Assembly (NCBI GenBank): GCA_973895155.1
Contig: OZ316897.1
Location: 3,938,211 to 4,002,210 of the forward strand
DNA length: 64,000 nucleotides
Direction: 5' to 3'
From: Marsupella aquatica
Lineage: Eukaryota; Plantae; Marchantiophyta
Shown here: positions 24,801 through 37,524 of the stretch, piece by piece
How the letters are laid out: every line of letters starts with the position of its first letter
How positions within the stretch are numbered: the first letter of the stretch is position 1
Notes under the pieces: model-generated
Seen by the model: only the letters and a program-made list of their open reading frames with translations
Database searches by the model: none
Told to the model about the DNA's origin: nothing
Position numbers and translations under genes: made by a program

Positions 24801-27800
24801 GAGGAAGCCTATTGCATGTTGGAATTGTGGCAAGCCAGGCCACATGAAAAGGGATTGTCAAGTAAAGGTCCCTACTGCCTCTGCTAACGCAGCATCGAGC
24901 TCGCATGAGGTAGATTTACTCGATGATGATGACATATTGTGATGTCAAGGTTATGCTCTCAATGTAGTGTCAAATCCAGGTAGTGATGACTGGATTCTAG
25001 ATAGTGCATGTACTTTTCACATTTGCTCTAGAAGAGATTATTTCTGTTCTTACACGGTTTCCAACGGGTCAGTGTTGATGGGAAATGGAATCCCATGTCA
25101 AGTTGTTGGACTTGGATCTGTAAGATTTCAGATGTTTGATGGTGCTGTAAGAACGTTGAGGAATGTGAGACACATTCCCAGCATGATGAAAAATCTCATT
25201 TCACTTGGAGTTTTAGAAGCAAATGGCCATCAGTGGAGTTCTGCTAATGGTGTCCTTCAGGTTTCAACTGGTACTAAAGTTGTATTGAAGGGAAAGAGAC
25301 ATAGCAATCTATACGTTTTGGAGGGCTGTGTAGTCTGTGATGAAGCAAATGTAACCTTATCTCATGAGGAGACGGCCCGGCTGTGGCACTTCCGTTTGGG
25401 CCACATGAGTGAAAAAGGTTTGGTTATTCTTCAGAAGAAAGGATTACTTTCTAATTTGCAATCTTGTAAGTTGGAATTTTGTGAGCACTGTGTGCTAGGG
25501 AAGCAGCACAGGAAACCCTTCGGAGTTGGAACTCACACCAGTAAGGAGGTACTTGAGTATGTACATAGTGATGTGTGGGGTCTAGCCCCTACTCCCTCAC
25601 ATTCTGGACGATTATACTATATCACGTGCATAGACGATTACTCAAGGTATGTGTGGATATATTTTCTACACAGTAAGTCTGATGTTTTTGCCACTTTTAA
25701 GGAGTGGAAAGCCCAAGTTGAGAATCAGACTGGTAATAAGGTGAGATATCTACGATCGGATAATGGCGGTGAATACAATTCCGGGGAATTTGGAACGTAT
25801 TGTAAGGAGCAGGGGATAACCCGCCATCTCACAACAAGTTATACTCCTCAGCAGAATGGTGTTTCTGAGAGACTCAACCGAACACTATTGGACCGCTCGA
25901 GGAGTATGTTGAGTCAATCATGCTTACCACATGAGTTTTGGGCTGAAGCTGTCAACACTACAGCTTATTTGGTAAATATTTCTCCATCCAGTTCTATTGG
26001 ATTCAAGACGCCATTTGAAATGAGGTACGGGCGTCCAGCAGATTATTCACATTTGAGGATTTTTGGATGTGATGCTTATGTGCTTACACCTTCCCAGCTT
26101 CGATCCAAGCTGGAGTCCAAGTCGAAGAAGTGCATTTTCCTTGGCTATCAGAAAGGTGTGAAGGGTTATAGGTTATGGGATCCAGTAACCTGTAAACTAA
26201 CTGTCAGTAGAGATGTGTCCTTTAATGAATCCAGATCATCAAAGGAGGGGGAGAGTTCTCAGGACTCCCATACTAACAAGGGGAAATCTCCCATCCCGGA
26301 CCCGGTTGAGGGGGAGATTAGTCATGATGTTGTTCATGATAGGAGAGGTGGAGAAGCTCCGGGCTTGGAGCTGGTTCCTGTGATGGAACAAGAGGAGCAG
26401 ATTGTTGCTAGGGTACCTCAAATTCAACCAGCAGCAGCAGCAGATCAGCCTGAGTCATCTACTAGAAGAACTTCCAGTCGTTCTACTAGAGCTCCTACCA
26501 GGTATGATCAATGGGCAGACTCATCTAAGCTAGATGACATTGACATTGCACCTGATGATGATGATATGGCTTTGATCTTGGAAGAAGGAGAGCCTTCTTC
26601 GTACAGTGAGGCTTGTGCTTCAGAGTAGAAGCATGAGTGGAATGCAGCAATGCAGAGGGAGTTGCAATCTTTGAGTGACAACAAGACATGGGAGCTGGTG
26701 GAGCTTCCAAGAGGTCAGCAAGTGGTGGACAGCAAGTGGATTTACAAGTTGAAGGACAGTCCTTCAGAGGGTGGAGATAAGATCTACAAGGCAAGGCTTG
26801 TTGCCAAGGGGTTCACTCAAGAGAAAGGAGTGGACTACAATGAGGTCTTTTCACCGGTGGCTAAGTATTCCACAATTCGGATCTTGTGTCAGCTTGTTGT
26901 GTTTTTTGGTCTGGTAATGGATCAGATGGATGTTGTTACTGCTATTCTCTATGGCAACTTGGAAGAGATGATCTTCATGAGACAGCCAGTAGGATTTATG
27001 AAGAAGGGCCAAGAGAGCTTAGTTTGCAGATTGCTCAAGTCCTTGTATGGATTGAAGCAGTCTCCCAGACAGTGGAACAAGCGGTTTGATGATTTCATGT
27101 TTGCTCAAGGTTTTACAAGGATGGTGTATGATCCTTGTGTGTATACGAAATCAGTCAAGAATGATGTGTTTGGGTTCATCATTCTAGTGATCTATGTGGA
27201 TGACATGCTGATTGTGGCTAAAGATCAATCTGAGGTTGACAGTCTCAAGGCGAAATTGAGTGTTGAATTCAGGATGAAGGATCTTGGTAAGGCCAAGAGG
27301 ATCTTAGGGATGGAGATTTTTAGGAACTCTGAGACTGGACAGTTGTGCTTGAGTCAAGGCCAGTATGCGAGGAAAGTACTTGCACGATTCAACATGGAGA
27401 ACTGTAAGCCAGTGAGTATTCCTTTAGCTTCACATTTCAAGTTATCATCGGCTTTCTCTCCTACGGATGCTGTGGAGAAAGGTCTGATGGCTAAGATTCC
27501 TTATGAGAAGGCAGTAGGCAGTCTAATGTATTTGATGACTTGTACTAGGCCTGACTTGGCCCTAGCGATGGGCAAGGTTAGCAAATTCATGTCAAATCCA
27601 GGGAAGGTACATTGGGAAGCTGTGAAGTGGATTCTCAGGTATCTGAAGGGAACAGAGGACTATGGATTACTATTTGATAACAGATCAAATAGAACGTTAG
27701 TTGGCTATGTAGATTCTGACTATGGAGGCTGTCTGGATACAAGGAGATCTACAACTGGGTTTGTATACACTCTTGGAGGAGGATGTATCAGTTGGAAATC

Positions 27801-28713
27801 TACCTTGCAGAAGTGCATATCTCAGTCTACTACAGAAGTAGAGTATGTTGCAGCAGCAGAAGCTGCAAAGGAAGCAATTTGGTTGGATAAGTTGATCGCG
27901 GAGATGGGTTTAGAGCATGGAAAAATGACTCTAAACTGTGATAGTCAGAGTGCTCTTCACTTGGCTGCTAACCAGGTGATGGATAGCAGGGTGAAGCACA
28001 TTGATATCAGGTACCATTTTATCAGGCAAGCAGTGTCTGATAAAACTTTTGAGCTAGTCAAGATTGATGGAAAGCTCAATCCCGCTGATGTCTTTACCAA
28101 AGTGATTCCTTTGGAGAGTTTCTCAAGACACCGTGTTACTTTGCAGGTTTTGCAGTTGTAGTGCAAGTAGAGTTATTTAGCAATATGTGACTATTTGTAT
28201 ATGGATTACTCATTCCTGTTAGACTACGGCTTAGTTCTAGTTAACCCTTAGTTAACCCTTGTGGTTTTTAGGGGGAGACCTGGTTTGGTGATTGTCTAGA
28301 ACTTCCCGCTGAGGATTCCATATGGTAGCATTTAGTCCAGTCCCCAAGACAAGAGTCAAGGGGGAGTTTGTTAGATATTGCTCTAGTCTTGGGACTCTTG
28401 TGCTAACCACAGTTAGGCTAACTTGGGTTAGGACCTAGCTAAGGTTAGCGGTAGTGCTGTTGTGCATATAGCCAAGGCTGATGCCAGACCCTGGTGGAAC
28501 TTAGGCTCATTGTTACGGAGCTAGTTGAGAAATAGGGAGAGCTTGTGCTGTGGATGCTTGGTATGGCCGGTCGGCCTAGAGTGCAGTAAAGCTCTTGTGT
28601 ATTCCTGTGGACGTAGCCTCATGTGGAGGTGAACCACGTATCTCTTTGTGTCGACTATTGTGCGTTGGATAGCTTCATGGGCTTGCCGTTGCGAATGTCG
28701 TCTATGCTCAACA
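21871..28713 (+). mobile_element. Full-length Ty1/copia (Tork/Tnt1-like) nested in the gypsy RNase H
   Basis: TG...CA LTRs at 21871-22219 and 28369-28713 differ by 7 transitions and one 4-bp indel by eye. TSD CCAAA (21866-70, 28714-18), PBS TGGTATCAGAGC (22222-33) and PPT AAGGGGGAG (28358-66) are present. Confidence 0.97.
23887..28161 (+). pseudogene. Copia gag-pol in a single frame with two in-frame stops (TGA 24940-42, TAG 26626-28)
   Basis: KFEVEKYDG, CWNCGKPGHMKRDC, WILDSACTFH (PR), LWHFRLGH..CEHC, VHSDVWG, LRSDNGGEY and PQQNGVSER (IN), IYVDDMLI (RT), GYVDSDY and KHIDIRYHFIR (RH) all lie in one frame. Confidence 0.92.
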
Positions 28714-28718
28714 CCAAA

Positions 28719-30415
28719 GTGGTAATCCACACAAATAGCTCGTCGGCCGGGTACTTCAGTTCTAAGCCAAGGCTGAACCCCAAGGAAATGCGCTGGCAGA
28801 TGTTCTTGGCGGATTTCGATTTTGAAATCCGCCACGTTCCAGGGAAGACAAATACGGCAGCAGACGCGTTATCGCGTAAGGACCAACATCGTGTCAATGG
28901 GATCACGATGCTCGAATTCGAGTGGCCAAAGGTTCTGGCCGCGGCGTATGGGGATGACAGGTTAGCTAAGGATTGGCAAAGCAATGGGGGTAGCCGGGGC
29001 AAGGGAAGGCACGTATCATTGGGGTTGGATACGACGCATACTGTCCAGTTATGGCGATACAAGCAGAGGCGTGTGTAAATACCAGAGTCTCTAAGGTTAG
29101 AGGTTCTGCAAAAGTACCACGACTCGCCCTGGGGAGGGCACGGAGGACAAGCCGCTACGTATCACAACATGTCGCAAGATGTGTATTGGCCGGACATGAA
29201 GCAATCGGTCCTTCAACACGTGCAAAGTTGTTACTCGTGCCAAAAGAACCCAACGGTCTATAGGGCAAAAGGAGGACTGCTGCAACCCTTACCAGTAGCT
29301 GCGGCTCCATGGGAGTCTATCTCCATGGACTTCATTGTGGGATTACCTGAGTCCCACAACAGTAACTCCATCTTAACAATCGTGGATCGTTTTTCCAAGA
29401 TGGCGTATTTCTTGCCTACTATATGAAGATGGTTTCGGCCCGAGAGGTTGCCGGTCTAGTATTTGACAATGTCTTCCAACAGTGGGGATTGTCATTGCAT
29501 ATCTTGTCCGATCGCGATACCAAGTTCACGGGCCATTTCTGGAAGGCATTGTTCCGGTTATCCGGAACGGACCTGACCAAGGGATCAGCGTATCATCATG
29601 AGACAGATGGCCAAACATAACGGGTTGATGGTATTGTGGAGGACTACTTGCGTCACTTTGTGATAGCCAATCAAAAGGATTGGGCGAAGCATTTAACAAT
29701 GGTCGAGTTTAGGTATAACTCAACCAAGCATTCGGCGATGGGGTTTGCGCCGTTTGTGTTGGCCATAGGGAGGATGCCAAGGGCGCCCTCCTGGTTTATA
29801 AATCCGGAAGCTTGGCGGACAGAAAGCAAGGTTCCTTCGGCGGACGATTTTATTCGAGAGCGGCACCTAGTTGTGGAAGCGGCTACCAAGGGTATGACCC
29901 TTGTCCAAAGTCGGTACAAGGAGCAAGGGGATAAACATCGACGCCAGGTAAGCTTTGAAATTGGGGAGAGCGTTTGGTTGCAGTTGAGACCTGAGCAATA
30001 CCACGGGAACATAAGTAGGAAGCTGGCTCCCAGATATGCGGGGCCCTATTGCATTATACGATGGGCCCACAAGGATAATCCGGTTTCGGTGGTGTTGGAG
30101 ACACCCAAGGAAATGGGCGTGGGCAAAAGCTACCATGTTAGCCGGCTCAAGAAGTTTGTCAAAAACGATGATCCCAACCGGGATCAGGTCTTGCGTCCTG
30201 ACGCCATGCTGGTGGAGGACGCTAAGGAGTTTGAGGTGGAGGCAATTCTGGCCCACCGTTACAAATGCAAGTTGGGAAGGCAAATCTTAGAGTATTTGGT
30301 GAAGTGGGCTGGCTATGATCAGGCCGAGAGTACTTGGGAACCGGAAGAAAATTTGGGTAATGCCTCAGAGATCCTTGGAAGCTATCGTAAGCGAAGCGAC
30401 CTACCCCCATTGTGA
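28719..30415 (+). pseudogene. pol: Gypsy pol 3' part (RNase H end, integrase, chromodomain), disrupted
   Basis: Motifs GKTNTAADALSR, HDSPWGGH, VQSCYSCQ, PWESISMDFI, SDRDTKFT, KLAPRYAGPY and the chromodomain FEVEAILAHR...YLVKWAGYDQAESTWEPEENL. Confidence 0.92.
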
Positions 30416-30843
30416 ATTGGTACAGGCAACTGTAGCTACCTTTGTGAGTTGTATCCTAGTTTCACTCCTCTCGGCCTCTTAAGGATAAAGGCGGATTGCA
30501 TTGGTGCTAGAGGTTGTTGGGCGACCAATTTGCTTTTTGGGAGTGGAAGTTGATGGTGCCCGCCTTACGTGTGTGGGCGGGCTGGTCCAAACCAAAGGGG
30601 AGGACAATGGGTCTGACGAGTTTGGAGTTAGCTTACCCGTTTAGCTAGACTGGCATCCTACTTGGATAATTGGGATAGGTTGGAATTTCCTAAGTTTGGA
30701 ATGTGCATACCAACCTAGTTTGCATCAGCCTTATGGGCAAACCATTTTTTACCTCATAAAATTTTTAAGGCCCAAAGTAGTCTAGGCGTGTTGGAACGTT
30801 TACTGAGGTCACGCGGATGTGACCATTTTTAAGGGGGGGTGCA

Positions 30844-32319
30844 AGTCGCGGAACTCGACTACCTTAACACTTAGCTCCGGCATCGCTGACTCCAACGCCG
30901 AGCTCCCTTATGGTCCAGGCCCGGATAGGCCATTCGGGGAGGACTTAGCATGGGGAGACTTGTGGGGGATGAGACGTGGCACTGGCAAGGCAAGGGGCCA
31001 AGCTGGGAACACACACTAAGGACTTGGACTAGCCTATGGCTGGTCGGGTCAAGGGGAAATGGGCCGGGCTCAAGGATGGTCATCCGGACCGTCGGATGGA
31101 CTTTGAGTTCTGAGGGCTTGGGAGTGAGCTCTTCTTGGGCCCAAGGCCAATGGAGTTGACGTCATTGGCAAGTTGTGGCCCGATCCGGGTTGGGCTGGTC
31201 GGGGGCCCCAAGCGGTGATCAATCCTAAGGGCCTAGGCATGAGCACTAGGTCGGCCCGGTCACAATGGGCTAAGGTACTCCGCTTGCAGATGCCTATCAA
31301 GAAAGTTATGGGCGTTGCCAGTTGGTGGTGCGCCCATTATGCGCGATGGGATCCGGGTTGGGGGCCAAATGTTTAGGGACCAAAGCTGGTCCGAGGGTGG
31401 CAGGTCTCCAGAAGCATATATGAGGGGAGTGGTGTCTCCCTGGGGGCTAAGGCCGAGCTGAAGTCGTGAGCCGCGGCGGTCGCGACACTAAGGGAAACCG
31501 CCAAACAGAAATGGTGATATCTTCCCAACGGGAAGTTTGTTGAAGGACTTCTTCGGTGCGTTGGAAAGCTCTTGAGGAGGGCTACGCTCTCATGAGCTCA
31601 GATGGGTCCGGGGGTGCCTTGGGTTCTCGTGGTTTGCGGGTGTTAGCTTGCCCGCTTGCCAAATCCTGCCAAACAGTAGCCAAGCCGCGTTCAGCCTCCC
31701 AAGGGAGCTTGCGTTGGGGAGGCAAGACCAAGTAGGTAAGGAGGCTGAGTGCCAAGGGTGCTCGGTCCCTAGACCATCAGTGGGGCGAACCGGGAGCGGT
31801 TGTTAGAGTCGGGGCCGTTCTGGTCCCGACGTGTTGAGACAAGCTTGGGACAAGCTTTAGGACAAGCTACGCTACTTGGGCCATGAGCATGTCCTGAGGT
31901 CAGGGCGGTTAGTTGGTGATGGATAGGTACGAGGGGGAACCCGGGCCGCGCCTAAGGAAGGAGCTGTCCTGGACAGACAGTGGGCGTGGGTTCTGGTTCC
32001 GGCTTATGGCATTGATAGGACCTATAGCTGACCTATTTACCAACGTCTGTTGAGCTTGAGTTAGGATGCTAGACTTGGCGAGTTCTAGATCCGGAAGGGT
32101 TACTTACCGAGGTGCTTGGTTGCTTGTGCAGACAGTGAGGACTGTTGAGTAGCGGTCGTGTAGGTGAGCAAGTGTGGCTTCGTATGGGAGGGACCGCTGA
32201 TGGTGCAAGGGGCACTAGAGTGCTTGCTCGAGATATTCCGTGGAGGCGTTCGGGCACCAGGGGCACTTAGGTGCAAGTGCTAGGATTGGTGAGGGTGCTG
32301 GGTGGCGAGGTCCACCACT
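30844..32319 (+). repeat. Gypsy 3' LTR (1476 bp)
   Basis: Matches the 5' LTR apart from scattered substitutions, an 18-bp deletion and a 12-bp duplication. Confidence 0.95.
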
Positions 32320-32384
32320 ACAGATTTCCCTTAAAAAAATAAAAAATAAAAATAATATGATTTATTGTACACACTACATGCAGA

Positions 32385-32620
32385 CTAAGGCCTGGATGGA
32401 CTTCCACTTTGTCTATGAAGCCCATATGGACTGGCAAAGCTTGGATGGACTTGCTCAAATCATTTAAATTTACTTGAATACACTGTGTACAGTTTTGACT
32501 TAAATAGGACCTGTAACTGTCTCCTTACTGTTTGCAGTCGGTTTCAATTACATTACCAAACCTAACTTGACGACTTGACTACCTTCAACCTGAAAGACGT
32601 CATGCCATTACTCAGGACCA
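32385..32620 (+). repeat. Dispersed repeat, second copy at ~44325-44665
   Basis: Both sites share CTGGATGGA..TCCA..TTGTCT...GGACTGGCA.AGC.TGGATGGACTT...GTCTCCTTAC...GTCATGCCATTA.TCAGGA. Confidence 0.6.
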
Positions 32621-33104
32621 CCATGGCATCTCGACTACTTTCTCTCCAAGGTAGTCAGTCTTTCTGGTGTAAAAACAATGTACACAGTCCATGGGGATGG
32701 GCATGGGGATGGGCAGGGACAGTGTGTGGGTCTATCCTAGCTTTAATTTGTTTCCACTATATGTCATATTTTGGACAGAGTATATGCCATATTTGTGATG
32801 TGCAATTACCGTGCAATTACCGGGACCTGTCTTCCACAGCCCTGGCTTCCCAAGAAAATAAGAATAGAGTGAGTGACCATCGCAAAAGCGAGTACCAGTT
32901 ATGTTTTAGAGGGAACACCGAACTGTCAGCTGAAGGACAGAGGCAGCCGACGACCCACCAAGTCAGACGTTTACAACAGCAATCGAAAGTTTCGAAAGAA
33001 GAAGAAGATCAGAGGATTGCAATTCTGTTGTGCTTCAAAATCATTGCCCCACAAACGTCGCCGCCAAGTTGAGCCCTCGCAGTGTAGTGGAGCATGCCAG
33101 AATC

Positions 33105-36100
33105 ATGACGATGGAGACAGAGGCGCAAGCGCCTAAGAAGAAGGTGGAGATGGAGCTCAACGAGCAGGTGGTGAGCAGCATGGCCATCGGTGCTGTTTTC
33201 AAGGACTATGTAAGCTTTTTCATCTTCTAGCGCGCTCTCTCCTTTCTCAAGCTTTTAGCTTTCTGGTTTTTGGGTTTCTGTAAAACGTCGAGTGGAAAAG
33301 TTTGGCGCACAATGACTCGTTTCTGTTGTCATTTGCTGAGGAGTGAAGCTCTGTTGCACTGGACTTTTAATGTTTTGCATCCTTGACAGCGCGGCCTTGG
33401 TTATTGCTGCGAATTGGATAATAGTAATAAGTACGTCTGAAATTTTGTTACGTCCTGACTGGATCATGAAAGCCCCATGCAAAATAATTGCCATTCAACC
33501 TCACCATTACAAGATATTCTCAAACCCTAAGAAATGACTGACGAGCTTTCGTGACATTTTCTCGCTACCAAACCTATGCTGCTATATGTCCCTGGGCGCT
33601 GAATGAGGATTTAAGATTTGGCAGCAAGTTAGTGCTGCCGCGTATTGGGAATTAATTAAGGTCCATTGCAGACCGCCAAAGTGAACTCTCTGGACTTTCA
33701 CCGCACAGACGACTTGTTGGTGACTGCAAGCGACGACGAATCAATCCGGCTCTACGATACAGCTAACGCTTTGTAAGACCCTTTTGTTTCACTACAGCCT
33801 CTGTATGGCACTGCATTATCTGGACTAACAGATTTCTGGGTTTTGAAACCATCATTGTAGAAGCTTGGCCTTACTTAGCTGTCTCACGCAAGGACCGGAA
33901 TATTATCAAGGGCATTCTGGAGTGAAAGGAAAATTCCTTGGATGATCATGCATGGACCCGGGGTCCACTCTTGAGGAATATATATGGGTGTCTCGATTTC
34001 CTTCGGGCTGTATCTATAGTTTTACTTCTAATGTCCATTTCCGCATACAGGGTAGTTCTAAAGTGCAACCCTGAAAAAGTATCTTCGAAGTTCTTCACAG
34101 TATGCATCTTAGGGTAAAAAAGAACTGGAAATAATCTGGATTCGTCTCTTGCCATTTTAGGAACATGGGTCCAGAAGACTTTGAGGTTGTCTTTAGCTGA
34201 ATTAATTCTTATCGATATCGTTAGAGCTCGTTGGTTAGCAGTGAAATCACTTTCAGCACTAAATGGTTCCACGTCGAACAACTCTATGCGTGCTTTCAGG
34301 CTTGTGAAGACAATTCACAGTAAGAAGTATGGTGTAGATCAGATTTGCTTCGCCCATCACCCCAGCTCTGTGGTGTACTCGTCGAAGAACGGCTGGGATG
34401 GTGAGTTACAATCTGAATGCTCTCCGTTTGCACGTGCACATTCATGGTCGGGGTTTGTAAATCCTTTTTCTTGACTTTTGTCGTCCTCCACCTCGGATTG
34501 TCCAGAGTCGTAAACATGGTAGAAACTCAGGCGGGAACTTACTGTTTTGGGTCCAGAATCTCTACGCTACCTTTCTTTGTATGATAACCGGTACTTGCGC
34601 TACTTCAAAGGCCATCGCGACAGGTTAGGCACTACTCTGAAGCATCATCTTTTGCTATTGTCGAATTCAGCCAGACGCTTCGGCCATATTTTCCCGTAAT
34701 GGTAGAGTTGATAAACCCTCCTCTTTGAAGTAATTATTTGTCCTTTCGCTTGCAGGGTCGTATCATTGTGTATGTCCCCAAAGAATGATAGCTTCATGTC
34801 AGGCTCGTTGGACCACACTGTCCGGCTTTGGGATTTGCGAATAAATGTCTGCCAGGTATCCCGGCCCCCTCATTGTGTGGTTGGATCAGCAATTTGTATT
34901 CAAGGAGTCTGTGTTTGAGAGAGAAGCACAGGATTTTGTGCTACCATTCCATTACCTGTCTAAGTAGTACTGTAAGATCATTTCATTTAACCTACCATGC
35001 ACAATACTTGGCGTGCATTCCCTGCGTTCAGATTGGGTGATAACAGGAAAGTAATATTTCCGGTGTGATCGTAGTGCACAAGAGTGGTTAGTTTACATTA
35101 TCATCGTTCCTTAGTTAAGAGTCTACCTTGTGCTTATAAATGGTGATACATCATTTCCAGGGGCTTCTTCGTGTGCGTGGCAGACCATCTGTTGCATACG
35201 ACCAACAGGGTCTCGTCTTTGCCGTAGCTATGGAAGGTGGAGCTGTCAAACTCTTTGATGTTCGTTCCTTCGATAAGGTCTGGCCTCGCACTCAATCTCA
35301 GGCCCCCATGTTTCAATGTCTGCTTTCTGTGCGAGGACTTGGATTGAAGGAGTTGAATCTTATCTTGGCAGGGACCATTTGACACCTTCCTAGTCGGAGG
35401 TGATTACGCTGAGGTTTCCGGCATGAAATTTAGTAACGATGGGAAGTTGATGCTGCTATCCACGACAAGCAACCGAGTTTATGTCCTTGATGCCTACAGT
35501 GGCAATCAGGTAGTCATTCTCTCCAAGGGTTTAATCTGATAGCTTCCAAATTCCCTCTCCTTTTCTAGTATCATCTTCATGAAATTCAATTCTAGCTTCT
35601 TGTCCTCCTGTTTGGGCATGTTGTTCAATCTTCTGATCCTTAGAAGTTCATTTACTGTATAACACCCGTAACACGCGGATAAGCTATCTAGTGTCGGGAA
35701 AGACCAGATCCAATCCGATTACGATTTACGTTTTGTGCGTTCAGTATTTTCATGCTTTCATCCCTTTTCTTAATTTCGATCTAGAAAATTGTATACTATT
35801 AATAAGCACAAAGTAGCTACGGGACTAGTTGGGCTTGTTTTGCGATCGCAAACCCATCGAAAACATGTCAATTCTAATTCTAGATATGGTTTGGGAGCAG
35901 CTTCATTGCTTTAGGCGGGACCCAAGTCCTGATGGACATCCCTTGGAAGCTTCATTCAGCCCAGATGGTCAATTCGCACTTTCAGGTAATTTCTCTACGT
36001 CCCAATTCACGGTAAGTGTGAGACTTGAGTTGCTGAGGCAGTTATTCAGTTATTGAGGTTTGGGATACCAGACTCCGTTTGCCTCTTCTGGATTGAAAGT

Positions 36101-36650
36101 TTGTTTCTATCTTCGTGCCGTATAGTGTCACATCTGGACAAGTCTTGTTCTCCCTGGCAGTACCATTGATATATGGTGGTACGGCAAAAGAAATGGTCTT
36201 AAGTTAGCTTGGGAACCGTCACTATCTCATACAAGTTGAATTGGTATTCCAGGGTCAGGAGATGGTAACTTGTACGCTTGGAGCACTGTCACGGGGTCTC
36301 AAGTAAGTGTGAATGTAGCCCTGTTCCTAACCTTGTCAACCCTGAGGGATTGTATCATGGTTTTCTAGTTTAAGTATATTTGTCCAGGACGTTTGTTTCG
36401 TCGTAATTGTAGATCCAAACGATCGTCTTGCACATGCTACATCTTCAGAGATTCCAAAAGTGGTTAATCTCATCAATTGGTTTCCCAGGTATCCTGCTGG
36501 ACTAATAACAATGGCGTCCCATCAGTGGTAAAATGGGCCCCGCGTCGGCTGATGTTTGCCAGTGCTTCTCAAATTCTGTCCTTCTGGATTCCTGATGCTG
36601 CCAAGTTAGTCTTGCCACCTCCAAGCAATATGGAATCCGGCCCTCTTTGA
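33105..36650 (+). CDS. WDR82: WD40 protein WDR82/Swd2 (COMPASS/Set1 and CPF-associated; Arabidopsis APRF1/S2L-like), 341 aa, 10 exons
   Basis: Exons 33105-33209, 33672-33772, 34300-34400, 34557-34623, 34756-34855, 35161-35277, 35372-35509, 35901-35985, 36253-36302 and 36489-36650 are all GT-AG and in frame (1026 nt). Motifs: [58 protein letters not shown]. Confidence 0.95.
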
Positions 36651-37524
36651 GACATGGTCTATCTGCTTTTCAATTTAAAACAAAACAAAAGCCTGTTATT
36701 CCAACTGTCTGACCGCCAAATGAGTTTGTACAGATATAGCTGTTTCTGGTAGATAGCTTAGACTCTTCTAGATGAGAAAGTAGGATTCTACATGCTGGGA
36801 GTGCATCTCTTTGAGAACAAAGACATACTTCAGTGTAGGCTCAGAGGCGAAGTACTACTGTACATAGCTTTTTTGCAAATTGGAGGTGATTTCCTCCACA
36901 TGTAACACAGATGGATACTGAATTTTTGGGAGATTGTATGCCCAAGTTCGAGGAGTGCCTTTTTAAGATTAGGAATGTTGAGTGCGGAAATGAAGTGCAC
37001 AGAACCATAATTCTTGTTCCAAAATCAAGTGTTGGACAACACTGAATTTATCCTGTCATTGAACGAATGGAAGGGACTTGCTAATGTTAGTATTCACCTT
37101 AAAGGTCACCCACATGAAGCTATGGTGAGGACCATCTAAATTCTGAAAGGTCCACAAGTTGGCATGTCAAGAAAGTGAATTGTCTCTCCATGAAAATTTT
37201 GAAACACAATAAATAATGAGTTGGGTGAGCATTCACTAGTGAAGTACTTGCACACTCCCAGCGCAATTATATGATGGACAATTGGAATCTCTGTACAATG
37301 GTAGAATTACTGGTAAATGGCATTCGGTCACGATGTTACGATTAAAGATGAGTTTATCTACGAGCCACCATTGGAAATGATCTTACCGTGCATCAAATGA
37401 GGCATCACCAAGGCTCTCTTTATTCTAACAAATTTGAAATTGGCTGAGTTTCAGAGTGGTGGGGGATCATGTAGGTCCACTTGGGCCATGAAGTGACAAA
37501 AATGTCTATTTTCATTCAGCTCTG

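Larger units (their letters stand above)
16815..32319 (+). mobile_element. Full-length Ty3/gypsy chromovirus, decayed, with nested copia
   Basis: LTRs are at 16815-18296 and 30844-32319, with 5-bp TSD ACAGA (16810-14, 32320-24), PBS TGGTATCAGAGC (18299-18310) and PPT AAGGGGGGG (30831-39). Domain order is gag-PR-RT-RH-IN-chromodomain. Confidence 0.95.
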
